The position numbers were made by a program, and so were the translations under genes. Below the pieces are notes generated by a model. The model was given only the letters and a program-made list of their open reading frames with translations. It was not told the origin of the DNA and did no database searches. Shown here one piece after another: positions 1 through 8,601 of a stretch of DNA of 64,000 bases. Source of the DNA: Dehalococcoidia bacterium (GTDB lineage Bacteria > Chloroflexota > Dehalococcoidia > Lucifugimonadales > UBA3495); NCBI GenBank assembly GCA_965243255.1, contig CBDEUH010000004.1, forward strand, positions 1,598,979 to 1,662,978, read 5' to 3'. Numbering within the stretch: the stretch's first letter is position 1; each line of letters begins with the position of its first letter.

Positions 1-1
1 G

Positions 2-493
2 GCCGACGTAATAGCGCTGGCCGCCCGCCACCCGTCGGTGATTGCCCTGCGCTCAATGACGAAGGACTACGCGCTCACCGCCTTGCGGCTGGGCTATGCC
101 GTCGGCAGCGCGCCGGTCATCGCCAGGCTGGCGGCGCTGCAGCCCGATTGGAGCGTCAACGGGTTGGCCCAGGCCGCCGGAGAGGTGGCCCTTGCCGACG
201 TAGAGTATCTGCCCCGGGCACGGGCTGCCGTCGCTGAGTCGCTGCGCTGCGTAGTGGATGGCCTGGATGCGCTGGGCATCCGTTGCTATCCCGCGGCGGC
301 CAACTTCGTGCTGGCGCAGGTGGGCGACGCCGGGGTCTTGCGGGACAAGCTGGCCCGGCGCGGGCTGTTTGTGCGAGATTGCGCATCTTTTGGATTGCCG
401 GATTGCATCCGCATCGGCCTGCGTCACGCCGAAGATTGCCAGCGCCTGATCGACGCCATTGCCGAATTAGGGAAACACAACGCCACAAAGTAG
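2..493 (+). CDS. Class I/II PLP-dependent aminotransferase, C-terminal part (HisC/CobD-like); 5' end truncated by the window edge
   Basis: The reading frame is open from nt 2. The stretch SMTKDYALTALRLGYAVG matches the S-x-S/T-K...G-x-R-x-GY PLP-lysine region of HisC/CobD-type enzymes. It is followed 9 nt later by a histidine phosphatase (CobC-like) gene. Confidence 0.6.
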   Translation, partial: ADVIALAARHPSVIALRSMTKDYALTALRLGYAVGSAPVIARLAALQPDWSVNGLAQAAGEVALADVEYLPRARAAVAESLRCVVDGLDALGIRCYPAAANFVLAQVGDAGVLRDKLARRGLFVRDCASFGLPDCIRIGLRHAEDCQRLIDAIAELGKHNATK

Positions 494-502
494 GGGAGCA
501 GA

Positions 503-1132
503 ATGGGCATCATCTACATCAGCCGCCACGGCGAAACCGAGTGGAACGTTGCCGGCCGGATTCAGGGGCACACCGACGTGTCATTATCCGAACGCGGCCG
601 AGAGCAGGCCCGGATGCTGGGGCGGCGCCTGTCCTCCGTGCGCATCGACGCCGCATATTCGTCGGACCTGTCCCGCGCCGCCGAAACGGCCCGCGTTGCC
701 CTGGGCGAGCGCGATGTTCCCATAACCTTCACCGAGGAGTTGCGGGAATACAACAAGGGTGTGTTCGAGGGTCTGACCGAGGACGAGTACCGCGAGAAGT
801 ACCCCGAACTCTACGAGCCTTCGATGGTCAACGACCTGGACTTCGCGCCCCCCGGCGGCGAAACCATCCGCGAAACCAGTACACGCCTGGCCGGCATCGT
901 GCAACGGGTGAAGGACGCTCACCTGGACGAGAGCGCGCTCATCGTCGGGCATGGCGGCAGCCTGCGGGCCGGCATCGTTTCCCTGCTTGACCTGCCCCTG
1001 GAGGCCAACTGGAAGTTCGCCATGTCCAACTGCTCGCTGACGGTCATCTACACCTTTCCCGACAACGCCGTGATGCACCTCTACAACGACACCTCCCACA
1101 TCGCCGGCGTGGTGCGGGCGTGGGAGCGGTAA
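503..1132 (+). CDS. Histidine phosphatase family protein (phosphoglycerate mutase-like / alpha-ribazole phosphatase-like)
   Basis: N-terminal RHGET motif (ISRHGETEWN) and a second catalytic His in VGHGGSLR. GGGGAG RBS upstream. Confidence 0.8.
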   Translation: MGIIYISRHGETEWNVAGRIQGHTDVSLSERGREQARMLGRRLSSVRIDAAYSSDLSRAAETARVALGERDVPITFTEELREYNKGVFEGLTEDEYREKYPELYEPSMVNDLDFAPPGGETIRETSTRLAGIVQRVKDAHLDESALIVGHGGSLRAGIVSLLDLPLEANWKFAMSNCSLTVIYTFPDNAVMHLYNDTSHIAGVVRAWER

Positions 1133-1228
1133 CCACTCGGCTTCTCACAATGCCGAGGCTTCTAACAGAAAGCGGAAAGTGCGCCGCATATGTGCTAATA
1201 TGCAGGGGTGGAGGAGTGGAGCTGAAGG

Positions 1229-1447
1229 ATGACTACGACCACGGGTGAACCGACGGTATCGCCGGCTGACCTATCCGAGCGTCTGGCCCGGCTGGAAGGT
1301 GCCTATGAGCACCTGGCGACGAAAGCCGACTTGGCCGAACTGCGGATTGAGATGGCCCGAATGGAAACCCGGTTGCTGCTCCGGCTGGGCAGCCTAGTCG
1401 TCGTCGCCATCGCCGCGGCTACCGCCATTACCCGGTTCGTCAGCTGA
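1229..1447 (+). CDS. Hypothetical small protein with a coiled-coil and a C-terminal transmembrane helix
   Basis: 72-aa ORF with GGAGG-rich upstream sequence. Heptad-like segment LARLEGAYEHLATKADLAELRIEMARME followed by hydrophobic LGSLVVVAIAAATAI. Confidence 0.45.
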   Translation: MTTTTGEPTVSPADLSERLARLEGAYEHLATKADLAELRIEMARMETRLLLRLGSLVVVAIAAATAITRFVS

Positions 1448-1477
1448 CCGAACCCCAGTTTAAGGCGCGCCTACAAA

Positions 1478-2413
1478 TCAACGGGTCGATTGGTTTATCC
1501 GCGCCTTGAGGTCTTCAATGTTCTCCAGGTTCCCCCACGGTGCCTGAGCGCGTAGCTCGCTGATTGTCATGCCGGAGTGTTCAGCAATATCATCCAACGG
1601 GATTTTCCACAGGATTCCCTGGCGGGCTAAGTAGATTCCTACGGAATCGAGGCCGTACTCGTCTTTTGCGTCGAGCAGAGCGTAGGCGATGACCTGTCTG
1701 ACAAATTTAGTAGCTGATGACGGCCTCGTCACGCACTTGACATCGATCAGACACCTTTCATCTATTATGTCGGCATCAGCTCCGCCTATCCAACGGCTTG
1801 CGCTGAACGTCGGTCCGAACACTGGATTTGACAGATTGAGTTTTCGTTGTGCGGTTTCCAGTAAAGCTTGAAGGTCTCCCATTAGTCTTTCCAGGAGTTC
1901 ACCTCCGCCCGATTCAAGCGCATCCCAAGCTTCTTTCCCTCGGCCACTCCTAAATTCTATGTCCGCCACAGCTGCATATATGCTTCGCTTGTCAAGATCG
2001 TCGTTCGATAGTCCTTCCTGCACTGCGACGTATTTCGTTGGGCTCATCCGACTTTCATATACTCCCCGTTCAACCTCCTCAAGAGGATATGCGAGCGAGT
2101 GTGCGCCGACTTTCACAACGTCGTCGCTGTAATGCGGTTCATATTCGTATCGCAGCCTGCGATCGAACGCCGTCCCCATAAACGATTCCCATCCTTTAGG
2201 GGCCTTCGTTACAAGGTAAAGTCCTTTTGGCAGCTGCAGAGACTTTACATAGCTAGCCAAGCGGGGAAACGCGTCGTTCATGTAGTAATGCGCGCACCCT
2301 CCTCGCTGTAGTTCCCGAGTAAGCGACAATCTGCGGCGAAGGTCAAATGAGCATTCCTGCGGAGGACACTGAAGGCACGGATCGGTTCTTGGGATTTCGG
2401 GCACCGTAGGCAT
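1478..2413 (-). CDS. Hypothetical protein with a C-terminal RecB/Cas4-like PD-(D/E)xK nuclease motif set
   Basis: 311-aa ORF in a visibly lower-G+C segment. Motifs GGADADIID...LIDVKC...RQVIAY give a D / (D/E)-x-K / Q-x-x-x-Y arrangement. Cys-rich N-terminus (CLQCPPQEC). Confidence 0.55.
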   Translation of the reverse strand: MPTVPEIPRTDPCLQCPPQECSFDLRRRLSLTRELQRGGCAHYYMNDAFPRLASYVKSLQLPKGLYLVTKAPKGWESFMGTAFDRRLRYEYEPHYSDDVVKVGAHSLAYPLEEVERGVYESRMSPTKYVAVQEGLSNDDLDKRSIYAAVADIEFRSGRGKEAWDALESGGGELLERLMGDLQALLETAQRKLNLSNPVFGPTFSASRWIGGADADIIDERCLIDVKCVTRPSSATKFVRQVIAYALLDAKDEYGLDSVGIYLARQGILWKIPLDDIAEHSGMTISELRAQAPWGNLENIEDLKARINQSTR

Positions 2414-2430
2414 TGGAACTTATTCCCCAG

Positions 2431-3735
2431 TTAGGTCGCTGACGCGATGGCGTGGTCGAGGATGTCCGCCGCCAGGTCCATCTGGGCTTCAGTGGTGGTG
2501 AACGGCGGCACGAAACGCAGCACCGACCCCTGCCGCCGGATGCTTACTATCAGCCCGTCTTCCAGCAGCTGCCGGCCGATTTGCCGACCCTGAGCGTAGG
2601 CGGGTTCCCGGGTCTCCCGGTCGGTTACGAACTCGATGCCCTGGAGCAGGCCCCGCCCGCGCACGTCGCCAATCAACTCGTGCCTTTCCTGCAATCGCAG
2701 CAGGTGCGCCTGCCAGTAGTCGCCGATTCGCCGGGCCACGTCAACCAGGTTCTCCTCCAAGATGATGTCCAGGCTGGCGATGGCGGCATGGCAGGTCAGC
2801 GGGTCGTTGGAGTGGGAGTGCGCCACCACCAGGCCGGTTTCCACCGCCTTCTCCTCGATTTCATCGGTGGTGATGGTCGCGCTGATGGCGATGCCGCCGC
2901 CGAAGTGCTTGGAGATGGTGAAAATGTCCGGCACGACGCCCTCCTGCTCAGAGGCCCACATCGTGCCCAGCTTGGCCAGCCCGGTTTGCGCTTCGTCCAG
3001 AATCAGCAGCATCCCCCGTCGCTCGCAGCGCAGCTTCAACTCCTGCAGCCATCCCGCAGGCGGCTCGATCACGCCGCCGGCGCTGAACAGCGGCTCGGTG
3101 ATGACGCCGGCCATCTGCCCGTCGGACTGTGCGTCCAGTAACTCAAAACTGGTGTCCAGGCAGGTGTAATCGCAGGCCGGCCGTTCTTTGCAGAAGGCGC
3201 AGCGGTAGCGGTAGGGAGCGATGATGGGATAGTTGCCCGGGGCATAGGGGCCGTAGCCCTGGCGCCAGCCCGCAAAGGTAACGGCCCGGGCGGCGTCGCT
3301 CATGCCGTGAAAGCTGACCACCGGGCTGGCCACTTCGTAGCCGCCGGTGTAGCGCCGGGCGATGGCCATGGCCGCCTCGTTGGAATCGCTGCCGGAGCCG
3401 AGGAACATACTGCGGTTGAGGCCTTCCGGCGTGATTTCGGCCAGCCGGGCGGCCAGGATAATCTCCTGGTCGTTAAGTATCGTCATGTGGCTGTGGATGA
3501 TCGACTCGGCGCTCTCCTGCAACGCCTGCACAATCCGGGGATGGTTATGCCCTAGGGCGGCGCACATCTGGCCGGAGTTGAAATCCAGGTACTCCTTGCC
3601 GTTAACGTCGCGCACCACGGAGCCGCGGCCCCACACGAAAATCGGGCCGGTTACTCCGCTGCGGTCCATCCGGCTGCGGAAGCTGTACTTCCGGGCCAGG
3701 TCAAGCAGTTCTTCTTCCGAATGCGTATCCGGCAT
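2431..3735 (-). CDS. Class III (omega) PLP aminotransferase family protein
   Basis: GSGSDSNEAAMAIARRY, LILDEAQTGLAKLG and FTISKHFGGG (PLP lysine) motifs. GGGAGG RBS. Confidence 0.85.
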   Translation of the reverse strand: MPDTHSEEELLDLARKYSFRSRMDRSGVTGPIFVWGRGSVVRDVNGKEYLDFNSGQMCAALGHNHPRIVQALQESAESIIHSHMTILNDQEIILAARLAEITPEGLNRSMFLGSGSDSNEAAMAIARRYTGGYEVASPVVSFHGMSDAARAVTFAGWRQGYGPYAPGNYPIIAPYRYRCAFCKERPACDYTCLDTSFELLDAQSDGQMAGVITEPLFSAGGVIEPPAGWLQELKLRCERRGMLLILDEAQTGLAKLGTMWASEQEGVVPDIFTISKHFGGGIAISATITTDEIEEKAVETGLVVAHSHSNDPLTCHAAIASLDIILEENLVDVARRIGDYWQAHLLRLQERHELIGDVRGRGLLQGIEFVTDRETREPAYAQGRQIGRQLLEDGLIVSIRRQGSVLRFVPPFTTTEAQMDLAADILDHAIASAT

Positions 3736-3852
3736 AACGGGCCTCCCGATGTTCTGATGCGGGCCATTCTAGGGTGGCTCCCGCCACTGTCAACCCCGGC
3801 TGCTCCCGGCAGCGGCAGGATGGCCTGGTTGCTATCTAGGTAGTGATGTCTA

Positions 3853-3886
3853 TTGATACGTTTTATATCAACTCCAATGATATAAT
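3853..3886 (+). promoter_or_regulatory. Candidate nirK promoter: inverted repeat TTGATA-N7-TATCAA (3853-3871) just upstream of an extended -10 TGaTATAAT (3878-3886)
   Basis: Read directly from an AT-rich patch 50-85 nt upstream of the nirK ATG. The half sites resemble Crp/Fnr-family TTGAT/ATCAA boxes, but the spacing is non-canonical. Confidence 0.35.
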
Positions 3887-3936
3887 GGAAGTACCGGGCA
3901 ACCAAACTACAGCCCGGTCCCAGCAAGGGGGAAACC

Positions 3937-5181
3937 ATGAGGCATCAGAATCGGAACCGAATCATTCCGTTGACGCTGTTATTGTTGGCCGCTACGGCGC
4001 TGCTCATGAGCGCGGCGGCCTGCCGCAGCGGCGCTGACGCTACACCCGCACCGGAGTTCGCTCTGCCCACTGCGTTGCCCAGCCCGGAAGCCGTACCCGC
4101 CCCCGGCGCCGGCAGCGAGGCCACCGCCTCTCGAACCTCGGATTACTGGACCGGCCCCACCACCTGGGAGCCCGAGGACGTGAGCAGCCTGGAACGGGTA
4201 ACCCAGGAACTGGTCGCGCCGCCGTTCCTGCCCGAACACCAGCAGGTGAACACCGGCGAGCCCAGGGTTGTGGAAGTCCACATGGTGGTGGAGGAAAAGG
4301 AAATTGAGGTTGCCCCCGGCGCGTTCATCTGGGCCTTTACCTTCAACGGCTCCGTCCCCGGCCCCATCATCGTGGTGCACGAGGGCGACTACGTAGAGCT
4401 GACCCTGGTGAACCCGTCGAGCAGCGAGTTGCTCCACAACATCGACTTCCACGCCTCGGTCGGCGCGCTGGGCGGCGGCTCCCTGACCCAGGTGGGGCCA
4501 GGACAGGAGGTCGTGCTGCGTTTCCGGGCCGTCAAGCCCGGCGTGTTCGTGTACCACTGCGCCCCCGGCGGCACCATGGTGCCCTGGCACGTAACCCACG
4601 GCATGAACGGCGCCATCATGGTTCTGCCCAAAGACGGGCTGAGAGACCCGGCCGGCAACCCGGTACCCTACGACCGCGCCTACTACATCGGCGAACAGGA
4701 TTACTACCTGCCCCGGGACGCCCACGGTGACTTCAAGCGCTACGACAGTCCGGCAGCGTCCCTGGTTGACGACCTGGAGGCAATGCAGACGCTGATGCCC
4801 ACGCACATCGTGTTCAACGGCGTAACCGGCGCGCTACAGGGCGACGGGCAGCTGACGGCCAACGTCGGCGAAAATGTCCTGATCGTCCACGCCCAGGCCA
4901 ACCGCCAGTCCTATCCCCACCTCATCGGCGGCCACGGCGACTACGTATGGGAGCGCGGCGGTTTCAACGACCCGCCCGAGCTGGACCTGGAAACCTGGAT
5001 CATCGCCGCAGGGTCCGCCGCGGCCTCCATCCACACCATCCGCCAGCCGGGAACCTACGTGTATCTGTCCCACAACCTGATTGAAGCCTTTGCCTGCGAT
5101 GCCAAGGCAATCCTGGTGGCCGAAGGCGAATGGAACGACGACCTGATGGAGCAGGTCAAGCCGCCGACCAACATCCAGTAG
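3937..5181 (+). CDS. nirK: Copper-containing nitrite reductase (NirK), predicted lipoprotein with a Pro/Ala-rich N-terminal linker
   Basis: HNIDFHA (type 2 Cu His), [20 protein letters not shown] (type 1 Cu Cys/His/Met) and HLIGGHGD. Lipobox-like LMSAAAC. Confidence 0.9.
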   Translation: MRHQNRNRIIPLTLLLLAATALLMSAAACRSGADATPAPEFALPTALPSPEAVPAPGAGSEATASRTSDYWTGPTTWEPEDVSSLERVTQELVAPPFLPEHQQVNTGEPRVVEVHMVVEEKEIEVAPGAFIWAFTFNGSVPGPIIVVHEGDYVELTLVNPSSSELLHNIDFHASVGALGGGSLTQVGPGQEVVLRFRAVKPGVFVYHCAPGGTMVPWHVTHGMNGAIMVLPKDGLRDPAGNPVPYDRAYYIGEQDYYLPRDAHGDFKRYDSPAASLVDDLEAMQTLMPTHIVFNGVTGALQGDGQLTANVGENVLIVHAQANRQSYPHLIGGHGDYVWERGGFNDPPELDLETWIIAAGSAAASIHTIRQPGTYVYLSHNLIEAFACDAKAILVAEGEWNDDLMEQVKPPTNIQ

Positions 5182-5200
5182 CCAGCGATCACTCTCACTC

Positions 5201-5235
5201 CGGGAGCGCGGTTGCATTGCGGCTGCGCTCCTTGT
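5201..5235 (+). terminator. Hairpin GGAGCGC-N15-GCGCTCC followed by a T-rich run, downstream of nirK
   Basis: Seen in sequence 20 nt after the nirK stop. Confidence 0.5.
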
Positions 5236-5297
5236 TATGTATAAAGCCAATCAAACCACGTCGGCCCACCAGATTGCCAGGCCGGGAGGCTTCCGCG

Positions 5298-5717
5298 ATG
5301 ACCACACCCAAATACACCTACACCTACGACCACATCCACGTCCGCACCAAGGACCCGGAGGGCATGGCCGGCTTTTTCGAGACCATGTTCGGCGCGAAAG
5401 TGCTCCGCCTCATCCAGAGCGACGGCGTGCCCCGCGTTGACCTGGATATCAACGGCCTGGCCATCTTCATCGCCTCGGTGCCGCCGGAAGAGCACCTTGA
5501 CCTGAGCCCGCGCGACCCCCACCTGGGCCTGGACCACTTCGGTTTCCGCGTGGACGACATCGACGGCGCCGTGGAAGACCTGCGCGGCAAGGGCGCCGAG
5601 ATTTACACCGAGCCGCGCACCATCCGGCCCGGCGTCCGCATTGCCTTCGTTCGCGGCCCCGACGACGTGCGCATCGAACTGCTGCAACGGGACGGGTCAG
5701 GTCTGATGGAAGAATAG
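5298..5717 (+). CDS. VOC (glyoxalase/bleomycin resistance/dioxygenase) family protein
   Basis: HIHVRTKDPEGMAGFFETMFGA and LDHFGFRVDDIDGAVEDLRGKG are typical VOC beta-alpha-beta-beta-beta modules. The start was moved to the internal ATG at 5298, because the ORF-track start at 5130 overlaps the nirK end. Confidence 0.8.
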   Translation: MTTPKYTYTYDHIHVRTKDPEGMAGFFETMFGAKVLRLIQSDGVPRVDLDINGLAIFIASVPPEEHLDLSPRDPHLGLDHFGFRVDDIDGAVEDLRGKGAEIYTEPRTIRPGVRIAFVRGPDDVRIELLQRDGSGLMEE

Positions 5718-5748
5718 GCTATGCCCGACGGCCCCGTGGAGCCGTAAA

Positions 5749-6576
5749 TCATCGCAGCCGGTAGGTCGCCGCCGTCTCCGCAACGCGCCCATCCTGGCGC
5801 AGCTTTTCCAGGTGGGTCCGCACGTTCCTGCCGGCAGCCTCCCGCAGCGACTTGCGCAGGTTCCGCGGATACACGGCGGTTACGATCTCATCCACCGTAC
5901 CGGCGCCGCCGGCCACCGCCGCCACTACCTGCTCCTCCCGGCCCTGGCGGTGGGCTATCTGCTGCAGGATGCGCTGTTCGCCCCGCAGGATGGTGTTGCC
6001 GTGGCCCGGACATACCACTTGGGGCCGGGTTTTCGCCATTCGGTTCAGCGAGTTCATATACAGTTTCAGGTTGCGCACGCTGGACGACGAGTTGCCCAGC
6101 AGGTTGTCGCCGCTAAAGAGCACCCGGTCGGGGCGGAGAAAGTAACAAACGTGGTCTTCTTCGTGTCCCGGCGTGAATAGAGGCCGCAGCCTGGCGCCGC
6201 CTCCGGTCTCGATGGTCTCCCGCGCGCCCAGCGCCGACACCGAATCGCCGCCCAGAATGTGCTGCAAGCGGGGTGCCAGCTTGGGATGGCAGCGCACCGG
6301 GCAGTCAAACGCTTCCTGCAGCCGGTCCAGCCCGCCGATGTGGTCGCCGTGCCCGTGGGTAATCAGGATGGCGTCGATGGCAGGTTCCCCCAGCTCCGTC
6401 CAGTATTCCAGGATTTGCCGCCGCCAAGCCCGGTACGGCTCGCCCGAGTCGATCATCACCATACGGCCGTTGGGGTCGCCAACGAAGTAAATCTGCGTGC
6501 CGCCCGGGTGCATCGCGCCGTAGGCGTTGGGGTCTTCGGAGATGTGCGTGCTGTACACCAGCTCGGTAATCTGCAT
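5749..6576 (-). CDS. MBL-fold metallo-hydrolase
   Basis: THGHGDHIGG motif, downstream TPGHEEDH and CPGHG. The start lies 10 nt after the trxB stop, suggesting co-transcription. Confidence 0.85.
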   Translation of the reverse strand: MQITELVYSTHISEDPNAYGAMHPGGTQIYFVGDPNGRMVMIDSGEPYRAWRRQILEYWTELGEPAIDAILITHGHGDHIGGLDRLQEAFDCPVRCHPKLAPRLQHILGGDSVSALGARETIETGGGARLRPLFTPGHEEDHVCYFLRPDRVLFSGDNLLGNSSSSVRNLKLYMNSLNRMAKTRPQVVCPGHGNTILRGEQRILQQIAHRQGREEQVVAAVAGGAGTVDEIVTAVYPRNLRKSLREAAGRNVRTHLEKLRQDGRVAETAATYRLR

Positions 6577-6585
6577 GGCGATGCC

Positions 6586-7512
6586 TTACCACTCTTTGCC
6601 GCGAATGTACCGGAACGCCGCCACGGCGGCCGTCGCGCCGTCGCCGGCCGACGCCACCAGCTGCGCCGCCGACTGCTGCCGGATGTCGCCGGCGGCGTAC
6701 AGCCCCGCCTGCGGCGTGTCCATGTTCAGCCCCACCGGAATGTGTCCGGCGTTGTCCAGCGGCACCAGGTCGGCCACCGAAGCCGAGTTGGGGTCAAGGC
6801 CCACGTAGATGAACAGCCCGCTCACCGGCTCCACCGTTTCGCCGTCAGCGCTGCGGACTTTCACGCCGGAAACGGTATCCTCGCCCACGATCTCGACCAC
6901 TTCCGTATTGTAGCGAACTTCAATCTTGGGTTCGGCGGCGATGCGGTCCTGCAAAACCTGCTGCGCGCCCAAGGCGTCGCCGCGCACGAACAGCACGACG
7001 CGCTCGGTGTACTCGGTCAGGGTCAGGGCCTCGTCCGCTGCCGAGTCGCCGCCGCCCACCACGGCAACGGTCTGGCCCATGTACAGCGGCCCGTCGCAGG
7101 TAGCGCAGTGTGAGACGCCGCGGCCGTCGAATTCCACCTCGCCGGGGATGCCCAGCGAGCGCAGCGAGGAGCCGGCGGCCATGATGACGGCCTTGCTGCG
7201 GTAGCTGCCGCCCATGTCGCCGTTGACGAGGAAATAATCGCCGTCGGTTGACACGCCGACCACCGTGTCCATCAGCACTTCCACGCCGGCGTTCATCGCC
7301 TGCTCCTGGGTCGCCGGGCCCAGCTCGTAGCCGGCGATGCCCTGGGGAAAGCCGGGGTAGTTCTCAATCTTCTCCAGGTTGATGATCTGGGCGCCGGCCA
7401 TCATCTGCTCCACGATGGCGGTGTTCAGGCCGTAGCGGGCGCCGTAAATGCCGGCGGTGAGGCCGGCCATGCCGCCGCCGATGATCAGCAGGTCAAATTC
7501 TTGTTGGGGCAC
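6586..7512 (-). CDS. trxB: Thioredoxin-disulfide reductase
   Basis: GGGMAGLTAG FAD motif, redox-active CATCDG and a second GGGDSA dinucleotide motif. GTG start with a GAGG RBS. Confidence 0.9.
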   Translation of the reverse strand: MPQQEFDLLIIGGGMAGLTAGIYGARYGLNTAIVEQMMAGAQIINLEKIENYPGFPQGIAGYELGPATQEQAMNAGVEVLMDTVVGVSTDGDYFLVNGDMGGSYRSKAVIMAAGSSLRSLGIPGEVEFDGRGVSHCATCDGPLYMGQTVAVVGGGDSAADEALTLTEYTERVVLFVRGDALGAQQVLQDRIAAEPKIEVRYNTEVVEIVGEDTVSGVKVRSADGETVEPVSGLFIYVGLDPNSASVADLVPLDNAGHIPVGLNMDTPQAGLYAAGDIRQQSAAQLVASAGDGATAAVAAFRYIRGKEW

Positions 7513-7571
7513 TGGTGTTACCTCGCATCACGATGTTCGCGGCGATTGTATCACCATTCACCCGCCGTCGG

Positions 7572-8399
7572 TTAGGGCCAGGTCGGCGTGCTAGTCCTCT
7601 GCAGCATCTCCCGGACTTCCAGGCCCGACGGTGTATCCGGCGGTTGCAGCCGTGCTGCCTGGGCCCTGCTGTCCAGCTTCGCCTCTACCCTGGCCACTCT
7701 TTCCTGCGCCAACCGGCAGTATTCCTCCGACAGGTCGATGCCAACGTACTGCCGGCCTTCCAGGAGGGCGGCCACCGCCGTGGTGCCGCTGCCGATGAAC
7801 GGGTCCAGCACGATGTCCGCCGTCGTTGCCGCAATCGCCCGCTGCGCCAGCTCCACCGGAAACGGCGCCGGATGCGGGTTGCCTCTATCCTGCCGCACGC
7901 GCCAAACGTCGCCGATGCCGCCGGCCTTGGACGCCAGCCGGAACTCCGGCTTGGCAATCAGGTAAATCACCTCGTAGGTGGGCAGGAAGTAGCCGGGGTT
8001 GTGATTGAAACCGCCCGAACGCTGCCAGATGATGATTTGCCGCACCGGGAAGCCCTCGACAATGTCGGCCCGGTCTTGCAGCAACCCCTTCTGAACCCGC
8101 CACTTGTGATTGTAGAAAATCGCGCCGTCGGGCGTCAGCACCCGCAGCATCTCCCGCAGGCACTCCCGCTGCCACTCCACGTAGTCGTCGTGGGGCATTG
8201 CGTCGGAGTGGCCGGCGTAGCCCTGCATCAGGGCGGCCCGGGACCACTTGCCGCCGTTGCCGTTCTTCATGCCGTTGCCGCTGCTGTTCAGCAGGTTATA
8301 GGGCGGCGACGTTACCACCAGGTTCACCGACGCGTCCGGCATCCGGGCCAGCTGCGTCAGGCAATCCCCCTGTAGAATCTGATTGAGCCAGTTGTGCAT
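7572..8399 (-). CDS. Site-specific DNA methyltransferase, beta-class N4/N6 (motif IV SPPY precedes motif I)
   Basis: VVTSPPYN (motif IV) and VLDPFIGSGTTAVAA (motif I). No adjacent endonuclease-like ORF. Confidence 0.85.
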   Translation of the reverse strand: MHNWLNQILQGDCLTQLARMPDASVNLVVTSPPYNLLNSSGNGMKNGNGGKWSRAALMQGYAGHSDAMPHDDYVEWQRECLREMLRVLTPDGAIFYNHKWRVQKGLLQDRADIVEGFPVRQIIIWQRSGGFNHNPGYFLPTYEVIYLIAKPEFRLASKAGGIGDVWRVRQDRGNPHPAPFPVELAQRAIAATTADIVLDPFIGSGTTAVAALLEGRQYVGIDLSEEYCRLAQERVARVEAKLDSRAQAARLQPPDTPSGLEVREMLQRTSTPTWP

Positions 8400-8507
8400 G
8401 AGATTGGCGCTTTTCCAAAAACTTCGCTAACTTTTAGCGCCCTATTGAACCGCAAACCCGGCTGGCCGTGCATAGCGGTGCATCCGCAACTTTTGCCCAA
8501 TCCGCCG

Positions 8508-8536
8508 TTGCGCCCCGCCAGTTGCGCCCCTACAAT
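8508..8536 (+). promoter_or_regulatory. Candidate promoter TTGCGC-17-TACAAT upstream of the gluconolactonase-like gene
   Basis: Hexamers and spacing read from the sequence. Not validated. Confidence 0.3.
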
Positions 8537-8601
8537 GGCGGCGTCAGCATCCGCTCCCACATCGCCCGGCCACCGCTCCGGGCAGCACCAGGAGGCGCAC
8601 C

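Noticed and set aside
1478-8399. The PD-(D/E)xK protein (1478..2413) and the SPPY methyltransferase (7572..8399) as a restriction-modification pair
   Set aside because: They are 5 kb apart, separated by five unrelated genes including nirK and trxB, and they have different base composition.
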